Below, in pieces: positions 1 through 8,403 of a stretch of DNA of 20,000 nucleotides (its first letter is position 1; each line of letters begins with the position of its first letter). Origin of the DNA: an uncultured virus (IMG/VR IMGVR_UViG_3300023109_000020) (lineage: Duplodnaviria; Heunggongvirae; Uroviricota; Caudoviricetes). The notes beneath the pieces were generated by a model. That model searched no databases. It was not told where the DNA came from and worked only from the letters and a program-made list of their open reading frames with translations. The stretch lies in IMG/VR virus record IMGVR_UViG_3300023109_000020; one strand, 5' to 3'. The translations under genes and the position numbers were made by a program.

Positions 1-3000
1 GTTTAAAGTAGTAGCTAGAATATTATTAGTTTGTATTTTTATATCGTCAACTTCTAGACCGTGGATGCTAAGACCTAGATTATTAACTTCGCCTGTAATA
101 ATATTGGTATTTGTAAATTCAATCGAATCACTGTTTGCTAAAACATTTGTGCGTCTGTTACTTGAATAAACACCATTAAAGGAGACAATGTTACTGTTAT
201 CGTTGTAGCCTTCAAAAACGTTGCTAGTTGTATTAAAGCGTATACTGTTATTAACTACTTGTCTTTGGGCAGTGTCGCCTACTGGAATTTTAACTGCGTT
301 AGACGAATCTATGTTTACTAAACTATTAGAAGCAATATTAATATCTGCTATGCTAGTACTAATAGAATTGCTATTAACTAATATATTTTGTAATTCTATA
401 TTACTGTTATCTATAGTTCTTAATTCTAAGTTTGAGTTAGAATCTGTTGTGGTTATTACATTATCAAAAATTGTAATATTAGAACTTAACTCAAAGTCTT
501 CAAAACTAAAATTATTATTAATATTAATGTTAGGTGCAATAATATCGCTAACGTTTAAGTTTGTATCAACTTGAACATTATTACCAGGAACTTCAATTGC
601 TCCTGCACCTTGTGCCGATAGTTCTAAATTAGCATTACTGTCTTGCGATTCAATAATATTTCTATCAATTAATATGTCATCTAACTGCAAATCATCTTGA
701 ATATTCGAAGTACTAACTGTAACGTTACCTGTAACACTTATGTTACCTAGTTGTGTTCTATTACCAGTTTGTGTAATATTGCCTACAATAGTTGTGTCGT
801 CAATGTCAGTTATTCTACTTACTGTTAAGTTGTTATCAACTGTAACGTTCGCACTAGGAACATACACCAGGTTGTCTTCAAAAGCACGTAATTCTAAATT
901 TGCATTTGATATTATTGTAGAGATAAAGTTGTCATCTAAGGTTGTAGTATTAGATGTTGTAAAGTTAGTTGATGAAATGGCAGCATTGCTTGGTGCAACA
1001 ATAGTGTCTGCAAATAACGTATCCGATACTAACAAGTTGTTTGCAATATTTACAGTCGGATTTGAAAAGACAACATTACCTGTTCCGGCTGCCCTTAGTT
1101 CTAGATTCGGATTAAAATAGTCGCCGTCAAAAATAATGTTATTAAAATATCCAGGAGTTGCATTCTCTAATATTATCATTTCTTCTAATATTGATGCAAT
1201 TTTAATATCAATTCCTGCATTACCAGAAGTGCCATTTGCAATGTATTGAAGATATGCAAGGTAATCACTAGTAGTAACCGAACCGTTGTTGTTAATGTCT
1301 GCATAATCATTGTCTACTAAAAAGTTAATTAAATTCTTTTCTGTTTGACTTGCATAATCGTCAGCTGTAGATCCTGCTGCAATTGCTTGAACAATTGCAG
1401 GAATACTATTAGGATCGTTTGGCTCTCTTGCAGTTCTTAATCCTTCACCAGTATTTTGAATTATATTTTCGTTAATATTAATGTTACTTTTTGTAAACTC
1501 GTTGCTTACAGTTAAGTTACCAATAGCATTAATATTACCAGTTTGAGTAATATTACCAGTTTGTACAGTATTACCAGTTTGTGTGTTTGTTCCGGTTATA
1601 TTAACTTCAACCGGCGTAAATTCTGTAACAAGCCCAATGTCTTCAAACATACTAACATTGTCCCATTCAACAATGTTATCAACTGAACGGAAAATAATAT
1701 CAATTTCTGTACTTTGTGGTACAAAACTATAAGTTAAAAGTTGATCTGCTGTTAAGCCACTTGTTTCGTTCCATTCTTGAAGTGTACCTACTCCTGATTC
1801 AAATATTCTTAAATAAAATGGATTTCCATTTGATACACTTCTAAACTGTGCTTCAAAGTCATATGCTTTGCCTGCAACAACAGTAATTTCTTGTGATACG
1901 TTTCTTGCAGCTCCTGTAGAGTTAATTTGTAAATTACCGTTTACATCATTAGCACTACCGCCACCTGCTTGAGCCCATCCATTAACGTTTGTATCAAAAG
2001 TTCCGTTAACAACTAATTCAGGACCATATTCATATGTTGTAGTTCCGTTTTGTAAAAATGTTTTTTTATTAACAGTTAAATTTTGATTCAGTAATGTACT
2101 GTCTTCTACGTTAACATTGCCTGTGCCGCTTGCACGTAATTCTAAATCTGTATTGCTATTATTTGTAGAAATATAGTTGCCAACAATATCAAAATCACCA
2201 ACGTCAGCACTTACAAATTCTGTTTGTAGAGTAATATTAACATTGTTATTGTTAAAAATATTATCTGCACTTAGATTGTTATTAACTTGTACATTTTCAG
2301 TTGGAACTAAAATTCTGCCAGTTCCGTTTGCAATAAGTTCTAAATCTGTGTTAGATGTAGTTGTAGTAATAAAATTACCATCAAACAAAATTTCCTCAAA
2401 CTGTGCTTGACTACTAATGTCAATGTTGCCGTCGATATTATAATTAGCGAGAGTATAGTCACCTGTCTGAACTCTATTGCTAGTATGTGTTAGTGTTCCA
2501 GTAATTATAGTATCTTGTAAATCTGTTAGAGTACTAACTGTTAAATTATTGTCTATTTGAATACTATCTGATATTAATACTTCACCTGTGCCGCTTGCAC
2601 GTAATTCTAAATCTGCATTTGAATCAGTTGTATGAATGAAATTGTCTTCAATTTCTATAGTGCCATTTGAAATCTCACCAAAAATACTATAATTACCAGT
2701 TTGTGTTCTGTCGCCTACATAATTAATTGTACCTGACAAATCAGTACCTTGTATGTTAATTGTGCCGTCGACTGTTAGATTGTTATCAATTTGTAAATTA
2801 TTGTTTGGAACATATATTCTGTTTGTTGAACGCAAATCTAAGTTTGCATTTGAAATATCAGTAGTAATATAATTTTCGTCAATTATAATGTCATCAATTT
2901 CTGCACGATCTAGATTAACATTTAGCCAGGGACGTACTGCTTCACCTAAACTATGTGTTAGTGTAACGTGTGGCTTAAAGTCTTGTTCTAAGTCTACATT

Positions 3001-4875
3001 AAAAGTAAGTGTATCGGAATCGGTGTTTCTGCCTGGCTGATTCCCTGCAACTGTTAGTGTGCCTCCGAAACTAAAATCGTCTCGTATATCCAAGTTACCA
3101 AATACATTAGTGCCACTAGTAATATTAATAGTATTAGTAGCACCTTCAAGATTTAGATCTCCTACAGGTGTGCTAATATTATTACCTGTAATAATAATAT
3201 TTCCAGTTTGTATATTAGATCCTGCTATTACAGTAGTGCCGCCTGGGCTAGTAATATTTAAACCACTTAAACTGTCAATGTCGGCAGTATCAATACTAAT
3301 ACTAGAATTTCCTGTTTCTAGATCTACAAAGAAATTATCGCCTACTCTAAAGTTACCTTTTTGGTCTGTACTTACAAAGTGTATTTGGCCTGAATTAAGT
3401 TCAACAACTTCATTTGCTTGTATTACATCAGCTTCATTATTATCGTTTTTGTTTCCTGCACCAATATATCCAAAGTTATGTTGTATTAGATACATTAATG
3501 TATCAGCACCGTCTGCTACAGCGCCGTAGTTACCGTATACGTTAGCTGAACCAATTGAGCGCAGTTCTGCACCTCCGCCTGTGCCTGCAAAAGCATACAA
3601 TCCTCTATTAGCATAATATGTAAACGAGTTGAGCCATTCTACTCTAACATTGTTTGTCATATTAATTACATCAGCACCAGGTGATATAAATGTACAACTA
3701 TGGAACAACATTGTTTTATTAACTGTTGCTGCGTTTAGCTCGTCGCCGTCGATCCAGGCACCGCGTCCTGCATCTCCTGTTCCGAGTGCAGTTTCTTGTG
3801 TTAAAACAGTTACATTTTGAATATATGGCGAGCGTTCGCTCATTACAGCGTTAGGTGCAAAGCGGAAAGCGTAACCTGTATTGTTTACACTATCATAGTA
3901 GTGATTCTTAATTGTTAAGTTTGCAATAGTAGTTTTATCGTTTAGGTGAAAAACGTCTGCACTTTGACTACTTGTATCTGGTGTAATTACTGTGTTACGA
4001 ATGTCTTGTCCTATAACACTAACATTAGCAGGAACAACTAATGGCAGTGCTTCTTGATATTCGCCAGCTGCAACTAAAATTGTAAAAGGTTGTTCACCAC
4101 TTGCATCTGCACGTGAAAGTGCTTCAGAAATAGTTGCTAACGGATCAAGGATGTGATCGCCGCTGTTTGCGTCATTACCTTCTTGGGCAACGTAAATTAT
4201 GCCGCCGTGGCGTGTAAGTAAATCTACTCCGTTTAGTGTATATCCGTCTACTTCAGCTGCACGACCATTTAGAAGATTAGTATAAAGTGTTTCCCAGCGT
4301 TTACTTTCAGATCCTAAATCATACGTATTATTTGAGTCAGGAATAATATCACTACTAATATCGCTTTCAAATGTTACGTTATCAGTATCAGCATCACCTA
4401 ATGTAATAGTACCGTCAAATGTAATATTTCCCGGAGTGTACATGTCTCCGAAAACATTTAGATCTTTTAGTACTTCAGTAGTACCAGTTCCATTAGGAGT
4501 TATGTCAATGTCTGCATTTGATTCTATTGTACTAACAATATTATCATTAATACGAATAGTTCCATTTTCTAATGTAGTAAATACAATAGCTGTTGCAGCA
4601 TTTAGATTCAAATTACCAATCGTACTTAATGTCGAATCAGTAACAGTGTAACCTGCAATATTAGAAAAGTCCGATATTAAGTTTGTAGTTTGAATAGTGC
4701 CTAATACGTCTAGTTCTGCTGATGGTGCATTGTGATTAATAGCAATTTTGCCGTTAATTACGTCTAAATATATTAGTTGTGAAGTGTTTAAGTCATTACG
4801 AAATGCTAAATCTATACCATTACGTTCTAGATTAGCTTGTAATAAAGGACCGGATATTCTACCTACTTGTGCCAC
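1..4875 (-). CDS. Very large multi-domain virion structural protein (tail fibre/adhesin-like), 3' end truncated by the window edge
   Basis: GTG at 4875 preceded by GAGGAG RBS and a GATAAATA box. Reads MAQVGRISGPLLQANLERNGIDLAF and is still in frame at base 1 (...EVDDIKIQTNNILATTLN); probably missing from the ORF track because it has no stop in the window. Contains repeated S-N-x-D-L-E-L-R-A-x-G-T-G units, a beta-helix-like region, a CBM-like domain and a dockerin-like loop. Confidence 0.88.
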   Translation of the reverse strand, partial: MAQVGRISGPLLQANLERNGIDLAFRNDLNTSQLIYLDVINGKIAINHNAPSAELDVLGTIQTTNLISDFSNIAGYTVTDSTLSTIGNLNLNAATAIVFTTLENGTIRINDNIVSTIESNADIDITPNGTGTTEVLKDLNVFGDMYTPGNITFDGTITLGDADTDNVTFESDISSDIIPDSNNTYDLGSESKRWETLYTNLLNGRAAEVDGYTLNGVDLLTRHGGIIYVAQEGNDANSGDHILDPLATISEALSRADASGEQPFTILVAAGEYQEALPLVVPANVSVIGQDIRNTVITPDTSSQSADVFHLNDKTTIANLTIKNHYYDSVNNTGYAFRFAPNAVMSERSPYIQNVTVLTQETALGTGDAGRGAWIDGDELNAATVNKTMLFHSCTFISPGADVINMTNNVRVEWLNSFTYYANRGLYAFAGTGGGAELRSIGSANVYGNYGAVADGADTLMYLIQHNFGYIGAGNKNDNNEADVIQANEVVELNSGQIHFVSTDQKGNFRVGDNFFVDLETGNSSISIDTADIDSLSGLNITSPGGTTVIAGSNIQTGNIIITGNNISTPVGDLNLEGATNTINITSGTNVFGNLDIRDDFSFGGTLTVAGNQPGRNTDSDTLTFNVDLEQDFKPHVTLTHSLGEAVRPWLNVNLDRAEIDDIIIDENYITTDISNANLDLRSTNRIYVPNNNLQIDNNLTVDGTINIQGTDLSGTINYVGDRTQTGNYSIFGEISNGTIEIEDNFIHTTDSNADLELRASGTGEVLISDSIQIDNNLTVSTLTDLQDTIITGTLTHTSNRVQTGDYTLANYNIDGNIDISSQAQFEEILFDGNFITTTTSNTDLELIANGTGRILVPTENVQVNNNLSADNIFNNNNVNITLQTEFVSADVGDFDIVGNYISTNNSNTDLELRASGTGNVNVEDSTLLNQNLTVNKKTFLQNGTTTYEYGPELVVNGTFDTNVNGWAQAGGGSANDVNGNLQINSTGAARNVSQEITVVAGKAYDFEAQFRSVSNGNPFYLRIFESGVGTLQEWNETSGLTADQLLTYSFVPQSTEIDIIFRSVDNIVEWDNVSMFEDIGLVTEFTPVEVNITGTNTQTGNTVQTGNITQTGNINAIGNLTVSNEFTKSNININENIIQNTGEGLRTAREPNDPNSIPAIVQAIAAGSTADDYASQTEKNLINFLVDNDYADINNNGSVTTSDYLAYLQYIANGTSGNAGIDIKIASILEEMIILENATPGYFNNIIFDGDYFNPNLELRAAGTGNVVFSNPTVNIANNLLVSDTLFADTIVAPSNAAISSTNFTTSNTTTLDDNFISTIISNANLELRAFEDNLVYVPSANVTVDNNLTVSRITDIDDTTIVGNITQTGNRTQLGNISVTGNVTVSTSNIQDDLQLDDILIDRNIIESQDSNANLELSAQGAGAIEVPGNNVQVDTNLNVSDIIAPNININNNFSFEDFELSSNITIFDNVITTTDSNSNLELRTIDNSNIELQNILVNSNSISTSIADINIASNSLVNIDSSNAVKIPVGDTAQRQVVNNSIRFNTTSNVFEGYNDNSNIVSFNGVYSSNRRTNVLANSDSIEFTNTNIITGEVNNLGLSIHGLEVDDIKIQTNNILATTLN
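2120..2615. repeat. Exact 31-bp direct repeat CCTGTGCCGCTTGCACGTAATTCTAAATCTG at 2120-2150 and 2585-2615 (encodes DLELRASGTG)
   Basis: Identical copies read directly, 465 bp (155 codons) apart and in frame. Confidence 0.9.
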
Positions 4876-4895
4876 TTATATTCTCCTCGACACAG

Positions 4896-4903
4896 TATTT
4901 ATC
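4896..4903 (-). promoter_or_regulatory. T4-late-like promoter box GATAAATA
   Basis: Intergenic, about 20 nt upstream of the GTG of the giant ORF; near match to T4 late consensus TATAAATA; the motif recurs in other intergenic gaps. Confidence 0.65.
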
Positions 4904-4905
4904 GG

Positions 4906-5436
4906 TTATTTGTCGAAGTTGTGTAGTACCGTAATAGGCTTTGCTAAGTCAGGTGCTGATGTAAATTGTAAATAGTAACCAAGTGCGTACGGAGCATTAT
5001 CGCCAACAGTTGGATTTTGTACTAGAGTATAGTTATTGTTGGCCACTTGAAAGACGTTTTCGACAAATACTAAAATGTTTTGTGCTGCTGCTGGAGCAGT
5101 GTAAGTAGTATTTGGGTCTTGGCTATTTAGCGGACCAAACAATACTTCGCTTGCATCACCGTTACCTAAGTTTTGTTGCACAATACCCGGATCATTGTTT
5201 GGTTCTTTGTAGCGCACACTGCGCCATTCTGACTCTGAATAAACTTGTATTTCGTTTAAGTCTGTATTGTATCTCATATGCCCAGACACCGGAGATGAAA
5301 CAAACTCGTCAGTAGTGCCTTTGGGCACAAGCATAACATTAGTAGTATCCATTACAACTTGACCGTTTACATCATACTTAACACCTTTACCATAAATGTT
5401 TCGTAAATTTGTATTTTGCGCTTTTAATAATCTCAT
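4906..5436 (-). CDS. Hypothetical virion structural protein (tail/baseplate-associated)
   Basis: 176 aa, start overlaps the upstream stop (TAATG). LVPKGTT..GHMRYNTDLNEIQVY and ILVFVENVFQV..YTL motifs resemble modules of T4-like fibre/baseplate proteins. Confidence 0.75.
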   Translation of the reverse strand: MRLLKAQNTNLRNIYGKGVKYDVNGQVVMDTTNVMLVPKGTTDEFVSSPVSGHMRYNTDLNEIQVYSESEWRSVRYKEPNNDPGIVQQNLGNGDASEVLFGPLNSQDPNTTYTAPAAAQNILVFVENVFQVANNNYTLVQNPTVGDNAPYALGYYLQFTSAPDLAKPITVLHNFDK

Positions 5437-5783
5437 TACACTTCCAAGTAGCTTACTGATACTGCTAAATTTGCTGCATTTGTGGCATCACCGACAAAAC
5501 TTAATTTTTCGCCTTGTGATAAAATGATTTTTTCTGAATCAAATGTAAATGTTTCCCCAGCGGGTAACTCTAATTCTCTAACAACACAAGTAACAGCATT
5601 GTCTAAACTTTGGTTATCTTTTAAAAAGTGCATGTCAAAGTTTGCAGTCTCATTTATTGGAGTGGATCCGCTTGGTGAATATGTGTTACATACCATTATA
5701 CTTGTAATTGCATAACTTTTTCCTGTAGGAACTACAAGAATATCCTGCTGTGTGTTAGTTAGTGTTGCGTTTTCTATAGCCAT
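5436..5783 (-). CDS. Hypothetical phage protein (small beta-rich, probably structural)
   Basis: 115 aa, AAGGA RBS, packed in a late operon. Confidence 0.75.
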   Translation of the reverse strand: MAIENATLTNTQQDILVVPTGKSYAITSIMVCNTYSPSGSTPINETANFDMHFLKDNQSLDNAVTCVVRELELPAGETFTFDSEKIILSQGEKLSFVGDATNAANLAVSVSYLEV

Positions 5784-5792
5784 CTTATTTCC

Positions 5793-7091
5793 TTAAAAAA
5801 TTATACTGTACAGCAAAGCTCTATTCTTACTTATAATTTCATCTTGGTAGTCATTTTCATTTACGAAGTAAAGTCCTGTTTTGCCCGACCCTTGTGTTTT
5901 AGAATAAATCTTAATACCGTCAGTTGGCGCATTGGGGTCTACTAAAATGTCATCATCTCCAGGAGTTTTAGTAAGTTCTAGTGTGTCTTTAATTTTTACA
6001 CTACCTGATCCGTTAGCATTTAATATCAAATCATCATTACTTGATGCTGTAAATATTTCAGTTCCTTGAAATTCTATATCTGCAAGATTTACTCTATTAT
6101 TATAAAAGTTTGCAATGTTAGAACTTTCTACAATTACATTAATGCCTGATTCAGATGATATAGTTCTACCACTGTTTGTAATATAAAATGATTTGTTGCC
6201 ACCAAGTGTGTTTGCGTTTATTTCTATTGAATTACTTGACGGAATACCAGTAACGGTCCAAGAAGATAATCCTACATTATTTAAAGATTGTATTATAGCA
6301 TCATTTGGAACAGATTGTATTCCGTTAATTACAATAGTATCATTAATTGCATAGCCGTGACTGTTTTGGGTTGATATAATAGTTCTAGAACCTACTTCAA
6401 GTATAGAAGCAATAGTGTTATTTTTGTCAATAATTTCAATTGAAGAATTGTCTTCTTCAATTTTATCAATTGAAATAGTTTCAACTGTAAAATCTACTAA
6501 GTCTTTTACAGCTTTTGCATTTGGAATATAGTCGTCATCTTGTGTGATTTGGTTAGTAATCGGATCTGGAGTAATTGCGCCGTCTACATAATTCCAAATT
6601 TTATTTTCGTAGTTATTTGTGCCTGATACTGTAATAACACCGTCATTAGTATCAATATACAAATCAGCGTCAGATATAATACCAAATGTTTTTATTGGTA
6701 GTTGTTGTTCGCTGCCGATATCACCTTGTGTTCCTATCCAAGCGCCTCTACCAGTTACTCCTAAGTCCCAAGTAATATTATCGTCATAAATCCAACGCGA
6801 ATTTCCTAACGATCCTCTTTCAATTTCGATACCAGCACTATACGGTCTATCTAATCCAGTTGCAGGGAGTCCAGCGGTAGTAGTTCCCGACGCTAATACA
6901 ATCATACCATCTTCTATTGTTGTAATAGTTGATTCAATTGTAGTTGTGCCGCCATTAACTTCTAAGTCACCGGTAATAACAACTCTTCCGCTGTCGTCCC
7001 CTGTGGCATTAGTAGTGTCTAATGTTATTGTACCGTTTTGACCCGTTATAATTCGATAGTCGGAGTCAGTTGTTCTAATTATCTTAGACAT
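5793..7091 (-). CDS. Putative virion structural/fibre-associated protein
   Basis: 432 aa, rich in G/T/I/D/N. VITGDLEVNGGTTTI and AGIEIERGS motifs resemble T4-like fibre proteins; shares the SSNDDLILNANGSGSV unit with the giant ORF. Confidence 0.78.
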   Translation of the reverse strand: MSKIIRTTDSDYRIITGQNGTITLDTTNATGDDSGRVVITGDLEVNGGTTTIESTITTIEDGMIVLASGTTTAGLPATGLDRPYSAGIEIERGSLGNSRWIYDDNITWDLGVTGRGAWIGTQGDIGSEQQLPIKTFGIISDADLYIDTNDGVITVSGTNNYENKIWNYVDGAITPDPITNQITQDDDYIPNAKAVKDLVDFTVETISIDKIEEDNSSIEIIDKNNTIASILEVGSRTIISTQNSHGYAINDTIVINGIQSVPNDAIIQSLNNVGLSSWTVTGIPSSNSIEINANTLGGNKSFYITNSGRTISSESGINVIVESSNIANFYNNRVNLADIEFQGTEIFTASSNDDLILNANGSGSVKIKDTLELTKTPGDDDILVDPNAPTDGIKIYSKTQGSGKTGLYFVNENDYQDEIISKNRALLYSIIF

Positions 7092-7094
7092 GTG

Positions 7095-7460
7095 TTATGT
7101 TGTCTCCGTTAACAATAAGATACTAGATGTTGAATCATTATCAACTTCGTATGTATATACGTTGTTTTTAAAATCTGTTATCAATCCTTGTGCTATTTGA
7201 GAGATAAAAATAAATGTTGTACTTTTTAAAACATATCCCATAATAGACATTTCATTGTTGTTTAACTCATTTACTTGTTTATTAACAAGTGTACAAACAC
7301 CTTCATTGCCATGATCATCTTTGACTTTAAAAGTTTTTTCAGATAGTTGCGCCAAGACAACCCCGTAAAGAGTTGCCTTAGCGTTTCCTATTTTAACTGA
7401 AACTACTAAGTCCTTTAATGACTGTAATAAATCGTAAAAGATGTTAATAGGACGTTCCAT
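7095..7460 (-). CDS. Hypothetical protein, apparent paralog of 7472..7936
   Basis: 121 aa, AAGGA RBS; shares M-x-R-P-x-N, G-xx-x-Q-xxx-K-x-F, CTL and EM-x-I motifs with its neighbour. Confidence 0.75.
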   Translation of the reverse strand: MERPINIFYDLLQSLKDLVVSVKIGNAKATLYGVVLAQLSEKTFKVKDDHGNEGVCTLVNKQVNELNNNEMSIMGYVLKSTTFIFISQIAQGLITDFKNNVYTYEVDNDSTSSILLLTETT

Positions 7461-7471
7461 TAAATTAGTCC

Positions 7472-7936
7472 TTATGCGTCTTCTGTGAAGTCGTCGTCAT
7501 CGGTTCCAACTAGCACGTTGTTGATACCAGCTTCTTCAACTTGTGCTGCGCCATCTACTAGTGATGTTGCAAAGTTCCATGGAACACTCTTGCCATCATA
7601 AGCATTACTGCCTGTTGCACTTGGTGCTGACAAAGTAACTTTACGACCAGCAATTTTACTTACTGTGTATGTTTCTTCGTCGTCCATTTTGAATGAAATA
7701 GCCATTTCACCTGCCGCTAATGCCGCTGGTAGTTTACCAGTTGTTAGCGTACAAGTAAATTGCCCTGGCGTTCCAATTTCTTCACATACAAATTTCTTTG
7801 ATGCTACTTGCTTTATGATATAACCTTCTTTAACTGCTGTGCCGTTATGAAAGTTTACTTTGATTTCGTCTCCAGTTGCAGCACCAGGGCCTACGTTTGG
7901 TACAGCGAATAATCTTTTGTTTAGTGGTCTTCCCAT
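7472..7936 (-). CDS. Hypothetical late protein, possibly abundant head-associated/decoration protein
   Basis: 154 aa, strong AGGAGA RBS, own late box and structured leader, first protein gene after the capsid gene. Function inferred from position only. Confidence 0.78.
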   Translation of the reverse strand: MGRPLNKRLFAVPNVGPGAATGDEIKVNFHNGTAVKEGYIIKQVASKKFVCEEIGTPGQFTCTLTTGKLPAALAAGEMAISFKMDDEETYTVSKIAGRKVTLSAPSATGSNAYDGKSVPWNFATSLVDGAAQVEEAGINNVLVGTDDDDFTEDA

Positions 7937-7954
7937 TTGTTTTCTCCTATAAAA

Positions 7955-8025
7955 AGTAGTCCTATGCCCGTTCTATGGGCTACGCTGTGGGTACAGCATA
8001 AGTCCGCCTTGCGGCACACTATCTG
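7955..8025 (-). promoter_or_regulatory. Candidate structured 5' leader RNA (three hairpins)
   Basis: Minus strand: GCC-GCAA-GGC (GNRA loop), TATGCTGT-ACCC-ACAGCGTA, GCCC-ATAGAAC-GGGC, between the late box and the RBS; GC-rich relative to surroundings. Confidence 0.55.
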
Positions 8026-8032
8026 ACATATG

Positions 8033-8040
8033 TATTTATC
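8033..8040 (-). promoter_or_regulatory. T4-late-like promoter box GATAAATA
   Basis: Immediately after a terminator and upstream of the 7936 operon. Confidence 0.65.
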
Positions 8041-8047
8041 TAAAGAG

Positions 8048-8082
8048 AAAAAAGGCCTACCGCTTCAGTGGGTAGACCTTTT
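8048..8082 (-). terminator. Rho-independent terminator ending the candidate ncRNA
   Basis: AAAAGGTCTACC-CACTGAAGC-GGTAGGCCTTTTTT: GC stem followed by a U tract. Confidence 0.8.
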
Positions 8083-8295
8083 AATAATAAAGTGATAGGT
8101 TGGACTTTGAGAATACCAACAACCTCCTAGTAGCTCTCGCTAAATTCGGAGGAGCCTAGCATCGGATAGTTACTTCCAAAAACATATCTTTGTATCTCTA
8201 CAATCATATGTTGCCACTACAGCTACTAGCCAAGTTGTGTCACTACGCAACACCGTTCCTTGCACTATCTAATCTAAACCGTCGTTTAGCTTATA
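8048..8295 (-). ncRNA. Candidate standalone structured ncRNA (~240 nt), family not recognised
   Basis: Bounded by a sigma70-type promoter and an intrinsic terminator; no minus-strand ORF in the track; several helices, a GAGA tetraloop and a 9-bp long-range complementarity. Confidence 0.6.
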
Positions 8296-8300
8296 TATAC

Positions 8301-8328
8301 ATAATAGCATCTATATACAAGATGTCAA
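8301..8328 (-). promoter_or_regulatory. Sigma70-type promoter TTGACA-N16-TATTAT with extended -10 (TGc) and upstream A tract
   Basis: Minus strand AAAAAAAGTGG TTGACA TCTTGTATATAGATGC TATTAT: perfect -35, 5/6 -10. Confidence 0.75.
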
Positions 8329-8350
8329 CCACTTTTTTTAAAAAAGTCAT

Positions 8351-8378
8351 AAAAAAACAGGGCCCAAAGGCCCTGTTT
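8351..8378 (-). terminator. Rho-independent terminator of the capsid operon
   Basis: AAACAGGGCC-TTTG-GGCCCTGTTTTTTT, about 25 nt after the gp23 stop. Confidence 0.9.
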
Positions 8379-8403
8379 AATACTTTTACTATCTAAGTAA
8401 AAC

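Noticed and set aside
221..5715. Plus-strand ORFs 221-574, 740-1120, 2177-2410, 3059-3529, 3629-3820, 4436-4651, 4748-4975, 5112-5315, 5482-5715
   Set aside because: Antisense shadows of minus-strand structural genes; L/V/S/I-rich composition is the expected mirror of N/D/T/I codons, with no RBS or recognisable motifs.
8090..8270. Canonical tRNA, tmRNA, RNase P or hammerhead identity for the candidate RNA
   Set aside because: No TTCRA T-loop, CCA end, GGGG-type tmRNA 5' end or tag frame, RNase P GAGGAAAGTCC motif, or CTGATGA/GAAA core.
8190..8396. 68-aa plus-strand ORF in the post-capsid gap
   Set aside because: Runs antisense through a promoter and terminator; TTG start without RBS; the ncRNA model explains the region better.
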